A stretch of 64,000 bases of DNA from the NCBI GenBank assembly GCA_951406725.2, contig OX597816.1, positions 114,948,001-115,012,000 of the forward strand, in the 5' to 3' direction. A model generated the notes under the pieces. That model did no database searches and was not told the origin of the DNA. It worked only from the letters and a program-made list of their open reading frames with translations. The DNA comes from Octopus vulgaris. Taxonomy: Eukaryota. This document shows positions 53,403 to 64,000 of this stretch, piece by piece; positions within the stretch are counted from its first letter, which is position 1, and every line of letters starts with the position of its first letter. Position numbers and translations under genes: made by a program.

Positions 53403-54694
53403 CAAGGGGCGTTCAATAAGTAATGCCCCTGACCCACTTCCCATAGCAGTAGAGCAACAAAACTTGGCACAGTTATTAGTCTTTTTCTACATAGGAACCA
53501 CCCAGAGTTACGCATTTCTGCCATGGTTTGATGCTGCGCTGGAGACCGTTTTTGTAGAAGACCCCAGCTTGGTCCTCCAACCATGACATCACTTTAGAAA
53601 TCAAGGCTGCATCATCTGTGAAATGCTTTCCTTTCAAAAAAAACTTCATGGCTGGGAAGAGGTGAAAATCAGAGGGTGCAAGGTTAGGAGCGTAGGGGGT
53701 ATGGGGGAGGAGTTCATAGCAGCATGCTTGTGCTTCTGATCTGGCGACACGCGAGTTGTGAACCGGAGCGTTGTCCTGCAGGAGGAGGATGCCTTTGCTG
53801 ATCTTGCCCCGCCTCTTGATTTTGATAGCTTCTCATAATTTCCTCAAAAGCGAAGCATAATAGGCTCCTGTAATTGTGGTACCTTTTGCCAGGAAATCTG
53901 TCATCACTACTCCGTCCTGGTCCCAGAAGACTGTGAGCATGACCTTGCCAGCGGAGGGCTGCACCCTTGCCTTCTTTGGAGGAGGTGAGTCACGGTGCTT
54001 CCACTGCATTGACTGGGCTTTGGTCTCTGAATCATAGTGATGGACCCAGGTTTCATCCTGTGTAATCAATCTTTTGAAAAATTTTGACTCATCTTCTTGG
54101 CACATCTCCAAATTCATCCTCGAGCACTCGACACGTTCTTGCTTCTGGAAAGGTGTGAGCAGCCTGGGAATCCATCTGGCAGACACCTTTTGCATATGCA
54201 AATGGTCATGAATGATAGTTTCCACAGACCCGGTACTAATCTTGACCTCATGGGCTATTTGGCGAATAGTTATGCATCGATCTTCCAAAATGGCAGCCTC
54301 AACTTGACGGACAGATGCCTCATCAATGGCAGAAGGGGGTGACCAGATCTGGGAGCTGTTTCCACAGAGTTCCGACCATGTTTGAATTCATGATGCCAGC
54401 GTTTTACAAGGTCATATGATGGGGCATCATCACCATAAGTTACTTTCATTTCATCAAAAGTCTCCTGTGGTGTGTGTCCTTTCAAATACAAAAACCGGAT
54501 CACTGCTCGACACTCAACAGGCTCCATTTCACACTTGACTCAGTTCAAACACCTGTAAATCAGAAACCACAATTAGCTCAGAGCTGTAATTTGCCACTTA
54601 ATCTATAGAGATATAAATAATTGCACATGCAAAATTTCAGCTAGATCAAGCAACTGCAAGTGGGTCAGAGGCATTACTTATTGAACGTCCCTCG
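53403..54694 (-). mobile_element. Full-length (1292 bp) mariner transposon, DD34D, irritans-like
   Basis: TA TSDs at 53401-53402 and 54695-54696; ~37-bp TIRs C(A/G)AGGG(G/A)CGTTCAATAAGTAATGCC(C/T)CTGACCCACTT. Confidence 0.95.
53476..54527 (-). pseudogene. Mariner transposase (~350 aa) with one frameshift (~54337) and one premature TGA (53833-53835)
   Basis: HTH N-terminus, WIPRLL, TQDETW, QDNA-(34)-YAPNLAPSDF, ends YVEKD*. Confidence 0.93.
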
Positions 54695-55131
54695 TAAGTA
54701 CTGAAATAAAGGAGATTGCCATCTTTCAAAACAAAAGAAGAAAGAATATGTGGACTGTCTCACCAGGTAGCTCCATATCTCTCTTAAAGAACACATCTAT
54801 TGAATACTGTATTTATGTTGAGATGTTCTGCGTTTTTTTCAATTACTTTAAATATAATAAAGAATTTAGTAAAATAACTTAGTTATCATTCAGCTACTGT
54901 TAGGAACATAAATTGTGACTAAGGTTTGGTGGAAAATTTTAATTCAAAATTTATAGAAACAAAACATTTGTACTCAGGGCCAGAGCCAGTTTCAGCCGGG
55001 TTGGTAACGAAAGGGTTAACTTCTTCCATTTTTAGGTGTAGTCATTGGTCAAATATTTTCTGAAGACAACAGTCTGTCACTCAAAATACTTTCTAATTTT
55101 ACTTTTACAGATATCTGTGTTTAATACAAGA

Positions 55132-56285
55132 TAAGGCAACAAGCTGGCAGAATAGTTAGCACACTGAGCAGAATGCTTTGTGGCTTTTTGTCCATCTTTA
55201 CACTCTGAGTTCAGAAACCCCTGAGGTGGATTTTGCCTTTCATCTTTTTGGGGTGAAATAAATATCAGTTGAGTACTGGAGTTGTTGTAATCAACTTATT
55301 CCCCTCCCTCAAAATTGCTTGTCTTGTGCCAAAATTTGAAACTAATACAAGGCATATAGGTTAATCTGACTTGCTGGTGAGGTTGATAAACGCAAGGCAA
55401 GCACCCCAAAGTTGCACTATTAAAAAGAAACCCTTACTAGTGCAGCATCATTTTACAATGGCTTCAGAAGATAAATGTGCTCAGAAGATAAATTAAGGCA
55501 TTATATATCTGGAAATATAGTTTGTAATTTAATTGTTTATTAATATTTCTATAATTAGACTTTCTGAATCTGTAAACTTTTACTGGTGTTATTGTTGTAG
55601 ATGCTGTAGATGTTGCATAGCCCTAAGTCCTGATATTGCAAACTTAGGATTAAAAGGCCTTCATGCTATAACTTTTTATTATTTCAGAGACTATGTTATA
55701 TTGTTTAATATTCCCAACACTGAGGATGGCAAGCTGGCAGAATCATTAGAATGTTGGGCAAACTGCTTTGTGACATTTCATCCATGTTTACATTCTGAGT
55801 TCAAATTCTGGTTGACTTTGCTGTCATCATTCCAGGGTCAATAAAATAAGTATTGGCTGAGCATTGGGGTTGATATAATCAACTTAATTCGTCACCTGAA
55901 CTTGGTGGCCTTGCACCAAAATTTGAAAACAATATGCTGAGCACTATTTAGGTTTATAAGGTTTTATTTGGAGGATCATTCAAAAAGTTTCAGAAAAATT
56001 GTTTATATCAATGATTCTTTGCCATCATCCCTGGTGCTCCTCACCGTCTCTATATCTATGTCCCTTTTGTCAAGTGTCTCTCATTCCCTAAATCTCCTGA
56101 TTCCACTATTTCAGAAAGGAAGAAAGATTCTTTCCTACTCTAGGCATAAGGCCAGAAATTTTTGGGGAGAGGACCAGTCCAATAGATCAACCCCAGTATG
56201 CAACTGGTACTTAATTTACTGACCCCAAAACAATGAAAGGAAAAGTCGACTTCAGAGGAATTTGAACCCGGAATGTAAAGACAGA
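55132..56285. mobile_element. Three Family A SINEs (55132-55345 +, 55722-55935 +, 56127-56285 -)
   Basis: Family motifs; TAATACAAG TSD on the first. Confidence 0.75.
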
Positions 56286-56663
56286 GGACATTTTTTTTAA
56301 ATATTGAAAGAAAAAAGGTAAAAAAATAACAACAAAGAAAAACAAAATTTGATATCACCCAAAAGTATTTAAAAATTTGTCTTTTACTAATACTATTGTT
56401 CTTTTCAAAACTTCATTCATTATACTTTTGGTTAGTACTAATCCATTTAGACCTTCAGCCTTTCTTCATCTCCTTTCTTGACCTGCAGTATGGTTTGAAG
56501 GAAAGCTGGTTGCTATTTCTCAAAATAAATGTTACCAAAACTCCCCTGTGAAACAGTGAATAACAATAATGATGTGTGTGTGTATGTGTATGTATGTATG
56601 TGTGAGTGTGTGTATATACATATATATATACATACACACACACACATATATGTATATGTATGT

Positions 56664-56709
<46 letters not shown>

Positions 56710-56828
56710 GCATATATATACACATATACACACACATATATGTTTATGGGATGTTTGCTTCATAGTTGGTGAATACAAAGCAGACAAACACAGAAAATTC
56801 ACACACACATGCACGCACACACACACAC

Positions 56829-56887
<59 letters not shown>

Positions 56888-57239
56888 GATACATGTAGCA
56901 CGGATATTTCTGAAAAAAATATCAAGAAGTATTTATTTATCTAAGTGGTTAATCTGCTTTCCCCACTGCCCACCAAAATAAGTTAAACATGCCAAAGTCA
57001 GAATCAATGATCTCTGAAATATGTAACCAATTCTTAAACTTCAAGATGTCTTCAAGATGCCACATCTGTAAATAACATGTGGATAACAACATCTCCATTT
57101 TGAAGTAAGTCAGCCATGCAGTAGTGAAGGAACGTTTAACTGAGGCTTTCTTGCTATCAGGCTTTCAGACTAGAAATTTAGCTAAGCACAAACACGTACG
57201 CACATGCACACACACACGCACGCACACACACACGCACGC

Positions 57240-57290
<51 letters not shown>

Positions 57291-57413
57291 ACATACAAAT
57301 GCGTAAGTGTGTGTGTTTGTGTGTATGTGTGTATTTGGATAAGTTTATGTCCCATGGGGGCAAAAGCCTGATGTTTTGGGTTTGAGATATACATACATAC
57401 ATACATACATATA

Positions 57414-57498
<85 letters not shown>

Positions 57499-57514
57499 GT
57501 ATGTATATATACAC

Positions 57515-57591
<77 letters not shown>

Positions 57592-58092
57592 TATGTATTT
57601 GTATGTATATATACACAAACACAAAAAGAGAGAGTAAGCTTTTACTGGTCTCTCAGATAAAGACTCATTACTAAAATATCAAATTCTTTTTCTTGCCATG
57701 GCATACCAGCTTATCAAAACAGACAAACTTTGAATATATATTTTGGGATCAGCTCACACTACAACCAGTTTCTTTGGAAACTGTTGTTTTCTCTTTACCT
57801 GGCTGCATGTGGAGTTTGTATGTGTATGGGGTTCTCTCATGGACAGTTATATCATAGTTGACATTAAACTGAAAGGCTAAAGATGTGTTCTAAGAAACAA
57901 ATGAAGAGCATTTTGAGGAAGGACAAGATCAGGCTCACTGAGCCTAAGGGTGATGTTACTGACGATGGTAGCTGTAAGGAAGTGAGGTTCATATCCAGGA
58001 GATGGAGGAAAAGAACGAGAAAATAGAATGAAACACAATGTGGCTTTCAACATTACTATCTTCAACACCAACTCACACACACACACCTACAG

Positions 58093-59000
58093 AGGACCCT
58101 CTTCAGTCATGAATGACCATGGGACTGTACCGAGAAATTTCCCCTCTGAGACACAAGGTTGTTTATGGAGACCAGCAGATGCCTATGCATACCAGCTTCT
58201 TCTCTCCATGCCACCAATGTTATCCAAGGAGAAGGCAAAAGCTGATACAGTTTGGCACTAGTGATGTTGCAATTCTTTTCAGCTGAGTGAATTGGATCAA
58301 TGTGAAGTTAAGTGCCTTGCTCAAGAACACAACCTTAACCCAGCTTGGGATTTGAACTCCCTATCTCATGATTGTGAGACCGATGCTCTAAGTTCACACA
58401 CACACATATATATCTACCAACAGGCAATGTTTAAAAGTCTATGATAGGGCCGTTCAGCTATTAAAAATTTCAATACTAATTGAAGTGAATAGTGGATTTT
58501 GTCATCAGATTGTGATGGACATTTGAAATTTTAAAAACTGTGGTACTAGTGCCATGTAGCAAGCACCCGGTACACTCTGTAATGTGGTTAGCAATATGAA
58601 GTGCATCCAGTCATAGAAACCATGCCTAAGCTGACAAAAGAGCATGTCATTGTCTTCTGACTTGCCAGCTTCTGTCAAACCATCCAACCCATACCAGCTG
58701 ACCAGTCCCTGTGAAACCATCCAATCCATGCCAACATGGAAAACGAATGTAAGACAATGATGATGATGATGACATATATATATATGTAAGTTTATATCTA
58801 TGTGTGTATGACTGTCTCTGTTTGTCACCCATCACTGCTTGACAACTGGTTATTCAACAAAAGTGACAAATAGAATAAATTACCAGGTTTAAAAAATGGA
58901 ACTCCTGGGGTCAATTATTTTCGACTAAAAAACCCTTCAAGGTGGTGTCCCAGCACAGCCACAGTCAGATGACTGAAACAAGTAAAAGATAAAACATAAA
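58093..59000. mobile_element. SINE cluster: C(-) 58093-58395, D-like(+) 58540-58770, B 3' part(+) 58800-59000
   Basis: Family motifs. Confidence 0.7.
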
Positions 59001-59169
59001 AGATATAGATATGTCTGTCAGTATTCATTTTTATTTCAAATTTTCTTGCCAATAGAGAAAGAGCTGGTTTCTAACCTAGATCCAAGGTTCCTTCACTGGA
59101 ATTCCAAAATCAACAACAGGGTATTTTTGTATGTATGTATGTATGTATGTATGTATGTATGTATGTATG

Positions 59170-59200
<31 letters not shown>

Positions 59201-59202
59201 AT

Positions 59203-59772
59203 AGACCTTTGGAAGTATGCTGTGCGTGAGAAGACCCGGCAGGACAAGTGAGTCCATAACCCGTAGCCTCTACACGGGATGTAACCAGTCCACTTATGCA
59301 TACCTTTCCTTCTTGGGACACAAAACTCTACTTGTGAAGACCTGTTGAGGCAAGTGAGAATCGAAATCGATCAACATCAATGGAAACTGCAGCTGTGATA
59401 CCAGTGCCAGTGGCATGTAAGAGAACCATCCGAACGTGGCCATTGCAAGCACCACCCTGACTGGCCTTGTGCCGGTGGCACATAAAAAGCACCATCTGTT
59501 CGTGGCCATTGCCAGACTCGCCTGGCCCCCGTGCCGGTGGCACGTAAAAGGCACCAACCAATCGTGGCCGTTTGCCAGACTCGTCTGGCACGTAAAAAGC
59601 ACCCACTACACTCACGGAGTGTTTGGCGTTAGGAAGGGCATCCAGCCGTAGAAACATTGCCAGATCAGACTGGGCCTGGTGCAGCCTTCTGGCTTCCCAG
59701 ACCCCAGTTGAACCGTCCAACCCATGCTAGCATGGAAAGCGGATGCTAAACGATGATGATGGTGATGATGAT
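59203..59772 (+). mobile_element. Longest Family D copy, including RTE ORF C-terminus (DLWKYAVREKTRQDK*), UTR VNTR and (GAT)n tail
   Basis: Translation resembles the RTE 'DRxxWRxxV' end; inserted in (TATC)/(TA) repeats. Confidence 0.7.
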
Positions 59773-59779
59773 ATAGATA

Positions 59780-60055
59780 GATAGATGCAGATTTGTATGT
59801 TTTGCTTTATGTTTGTCTTCTTATGCATATACTTGCATAATTAGACATACTCATATATTCTTAAATGAAAAACTTCTGGAAAGTTCCACAGATGTTTACA
59901 GTTCGAGTGATGGATTGGAACTGTAGTCTTTGAATCAGCTTTCTCTTTTTTGATTTTGAGAAGCCTAATTTCTTGAGATTGGTATTTAGGCAATGTGCTA
60001 CATATCCCAGGGCTCCAATAATTACAGGTATAAACCTGAACTTGTAAACTGGATA
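59780..60055 (-). pseudogene. RLE-domain C-terminus of an R4-like LINE plus proximal 3' UTR
   Basis: YPVYKFRFIPVIIGALGYV...LQFQSITRTVNIC; 5' junction in (TACA)n. Confidence 0.7.
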
Positions 60056-60062
60056 TGAATGC

Positions 60063-60095
<33 letters not shown>

Positions 60096-61035
60096 TGTAT
60101 GTATGTATGTATGTATGTATGCATGTATGTATCTCTATGTATGCATGCACAAAAAAAACACATTTATAAGTGTTTGTGTGTACATCTCATGTACACACAG
60201 CACTAACATTCTTGTTTTATTTCTTCTGATCCTTTAAATCAGTGTTAGAAAGTGGTAGAAAGAGGTGGAAAAATAGTGGGGCCTGATAGCTGGTGGATGA
60301 TTGATGGTTATTATCCAGCTCCCATATTCCCCTATTCTTTGGACAATTTCATCCAACCCTATCCTTCTGTCCTACAATACATCCACTACACTGTCTTCAT
60401 TGCATCTCCTCCCACTGCCAGCATCATTACTATCACCAACAAACCATCACCACTGCTACTACTGCCTCGACTAACATGGTTGAACTCCACCACAATATAA
60501 TGAAATTTCCTCACATCACTGTAGCTGAACTGCAGTAAGGCGAAGGAACCTCTTTGTGGTTGTTTGACTTGCTAGGAATAGCAGCCAAATTTCTCTTAAA
60601 GCGCACAGAACTATTTGATAACAAAAAAAAAAGAAAAGAAATAAATAAAAAGAAATGTATGTATCGACACATTTGATTATGTAGTCCTAGATATACTGTG
60701 CCTGAAATATAAGAAAACAAATGAATAAATATAAGCTAGTCAGGATTGGAACATCTTTGATCATAGGTCGGATCAATCAGACCTGACCTGGGGCTAAATA
60801 GCAACAACAAAATAGCAACAGCAACAACAATAACAACAACTACCACAAAAACAGCAACGACAACAACAACAACCACAAAAGCAACAACAACTACAATAAC
60901 AATACTAACAATGATAGCAACAATAACATCAACAGCAACAACAACAACAACAACAACAACGCTGACAGCAACAACAATATCTCTAGGTGATGACAGCAGC
61001 TTCTGTGAAGTTCACTGTTCTACACACAGGCACAC

Positions 61036-61075
<40 letters not shown>

Positions 61076-61662
61076 ACACACATACAGGCAACGCCCCACC
61101 ACACACACACACACACCCTGCACACACAAATCACACAGCTTTATAGCAGGAAGAGAGAAAGAAAGATGGGGGTGAGAAAAGAAACAAGGAAAGAGCAGCT
61201 GGGAGCTTTCAGTAGCCTCCTTAGTTTAAGGCTCTTCCTGTTTTCATACCTTCTAGCTTTTGTTTCTGTATAACTGCCACCCCTTTAAGTCTGCTTGCTT
61301 GCTTGGGAAGGGAACATATTTTGGGGGCAGTTCTTGATCTTCTTGTTATTCTCATTTCATCTTACACTTTAATGTGTAAGACTCATCTTCTCCTTTGCTT
61401 CCTCCACAAAATGATAATAACTGTTGTAAATTTAGGCACAAGGAAGATGGGATTCGTCGATACAATTGTCCCCAGTACTTGACTGGTACCTTATTTTATT
61501 GACCCTAGAGGGATTAAAAAGCAAGGTTCACCTTGGAAGAATTTGAACTTAGAATGTGAAGAGCTAGAATGAATACCGCAAGTTATTTTTATAACCACTC
61601 TGATTATTCTGTTTGCAATAAAATATTCTGCTCAATACCACAGATTTCCTTATACCATAATG

Positions 61663-62205
61663 AGTACCAGGCAGTGGCTCTCATGGCTTCTGATCTTAAC
61701 TGATTGGAAGTGTTATCATGTACATGTCTTGTCTCAATATAAAAGATGGGCTACAGCAAATATTCTGCTCAGTACCACAGATTTGCTTGTCAGGTGTTTG
61801 ACCTTAACCATTTGAGCATGTCCCTTAGTGGCTGACGATATGTGCATCTCTGATCACAAGCAGTAGTGGAGGAGCATCATAGCTATGTGATAAGATCAAT
61901 TCTTTGGGGTTTCAATAATTCACCTCTGGAAACATTGGTGTTTCATTCAACACTCTTAAACAACCCTTATTCAGGAATTTTTTGAGTGGGATGGGCTACT
62001 CAACATGAAGAAAATTCTAACTGGCCCCCACCTGCAAGGTCATGTATTGTTTATCATGATTAGAGATCACTATGTCACACACACATATAGTTGGGATGAA
62101 TATGACTGATGTACCCTTATCAGGCAGGTAGTCATGATAGGTATACTGGGCTTCGTATATTTTCCCCAATGTCACTTTGATGGCATGCACTGCTCCCTCA
62201 CTCAA
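61663..62205 (+). mobile_element. Family F element
   Basis: Colinear with the 16172 copy; (TAA)n follows. Confidence 0.75.
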
Positions 62206-62228
62206 TAATAAATATGATAATAATAATG

Positions 62229-62295
<67 letters not shown>

Positions 62296-62310
62296 TGATG
62301 ATGATGATGA

Positions 62311-62727
62311 TGAGATAAAGAACAGGAAGCCAGACATTGTATTACTTGAGAAAGAAAGCAAGCAATGCTGGATCATAGATATAGCATGCCCAGCTGTCAT
62401 CAAGGTATGCAATAAGGAAGAAAGAAAAGTCGATAGATATGACAGGTTAGCTCGGGAGGCTAAGCAGTTGTGGTTGCTGAACAAGGTGGTAGTAGTACCA
62501 ATAATTGTTGGAGCCCTGGGAACAGTGAGTAAAAATATTGAGAAGTACATGGAACAAATAGGGGCTGCAATAAGGATGGGGCACTTGTAGAAAACAGCAC
62601 TGCTTGGAAATGCTAGAATACTCTAGATGGTGCTCGAAAAACAAGTGGTGTTACCTTAGTTCACTGGTAGTGAACAGCTGGCACTATAGTTCCTCTCCAG
62701 CATTAGAAGCTGTGCAAAGACAATATG
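62311..62727 (+). pseudogene. 5'-truncated R4/Dong LINE: RLE domain and 3' UTR within (TAA)n
   Basis: RKPDIVLL...IIDIACP...KVDRY...LW...VPIIVGALG...*KTALLGNARIL; TAA tracts on both sides. Confidence 0.85.
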
Positions 62728-62744
62728 TAATAATAATAATAATG

Positions 62745-62783
<39 letters not shown>

Positions 62784-62784
<1 letters not shown>

Positions 62785-63263
62785 GTTTTGTCTTGGTATA
62801 AAAGATGGGCTACAGCAAATATTCTGCTCAATACCACAGATTTGCTTGTCAGTTGTTTGACCTTAACCAGTTAAGCATGTCCCTTAGTGACTGACGATAT
62901 GTGCATCTCTGATCACGAGCAGAAGTAGTGGGGGAGCATCATAGCCATGTGTTGAGAGGGATTCTTTGGGGTTTGGATAATTCACCTTTGGAAACATGGG
63001 TGTTTCGTTCAACGTCCTTAAACAACCCTTATTCAGGGACCTTTTGAGCGGGATGGGTTACTCGATCTGAAGAAAATTCTAACTGGGCTCCACCTGCAAG
63101 GTCATGTGCTGTTTATCTTGATATGAGATCACCATGTTGCGCACATATGGTTGTGATGCATGTGCCTGGTGTACCCTTATCAGACGGGTAGTCATGATGG
63201 GTATACTGGGCTTTGTATATTTTACCCCAGTGTCACTTTGATGGCATGCTCTGCTCGCTCACT
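62784..63263 (+). mobile_element. 5'-truncated Family F element between (TAA)n tracts
   Basis: Colinear with the other copies. Confidence 0.8.
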
Positions 63264-63320
63264 CAATAATAATAATAATAATAATAATAACAATAATAAT
63301 AATACTTATAATAATAATAA

Positions 63321-63770
63321 TCCCTTCTACTATAGGCACAAGGCCTGAAATTTTTGATACAAAGCAAGCAATTTTAGTGGTGGATAAGTCAATTACATCG
63401 ACCTCAAAGTTACACTGGTACTTAATTTATTGACCCTGAAAGGGTGACAGGCCAAGTTGACCTTGGTGGAATTTGAACTCAGAAAATATAGTGCCAGAAG
63501 AAATGCTGCTTGGCATTATGTCTGGTGTGTTAATGATTTTGCCAACTTACTACTACTACTACTTTCTTTTATTTCCCATAGCGATTTCGAGGCAGAGCAT
63601 AAATTGATTACACCAAATCACAGAGTTTAACAGGTACCTATTTTATCCATCTCTGCAATGATGAAAGGAAAAGTTGACCTCGGCAGAATTTGAACTCAGA
63701 ATGTAAAGATGGACAAAATATGACCAAACATTTTACCTGGTGTGCTAACAATTCTGCCGGCTCACTTCCT
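63321..63770 (-). mobile_element. Two Family A SINEs
   Basis: Family motifs. Confidence 0.75.
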
Positions 63771-64000
63771 CATTTCTTCTATACATTAACAGCTGTTTCA
63801 TAATCTGTCAACATATGGGATAAATATTTCATCTCTCATTTCTTTGAATTTTGGTTAATTATTATATAATCTCCACCATTGTGATTCTTGCATTTTCAGA
63901 AGGACAATAAGATTAACTTTATAGCCTTATCTCAACTAGCAGAAATCTTATCCTCAGTTCTATTTTATCCTTTGAATTTCTATGCCTGTTAATACACACA

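Noticed and set aside
57799-57889. Minus-strand exon NTSLAFQFNVNYDITVHERTPYTYKLHMQP with good splice signals
   Set aside because: The adjacent frame (TIVSNIT...PD...NALHLFL) resembles a decayed LINE endonuclease, so exon status is ambiguous. Not called, but worth an RNA-seq look.

Overview
This is AT-rich eukaryotic genomic DNA dominated by microsatellites and transposable elements. The repeat families look like those of a coleoid cephalopod, probably Octopus (inference from family resemblance only). No intact protein-coding gene can be confirmed, and nearly all ORFs in the track are microsatellite or SINE artefacts. Well supported: a near-complete irritans-like DD34D mariner (53403-54694), an internally deleted DD37D (maT) element (9733-10682), several R4/Dong-like RLE LINE fragments, Tx1-like, CR1/jockey-like, RTE and Penelope remnants, Helitron and Helentron derivatives, TTAA and hAT MITEs, and dozens of tRNA-derived SINEs. 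The most interesting structural signals are: (i) different retroelements each embedded in a different microsatellite (TAA, TACA, TATC, TA); (ii) a stacked SINE array with a regenerated ~17-bp target repeat; (iii) a Helitron containing a copy of its own upstream flank; (iv) several long fold-back hairpins; and (v) low-confidence minus-strand exons, including possible alternative last exons and microexons of an unidentified host gene. All alignments and translations were done by eye.
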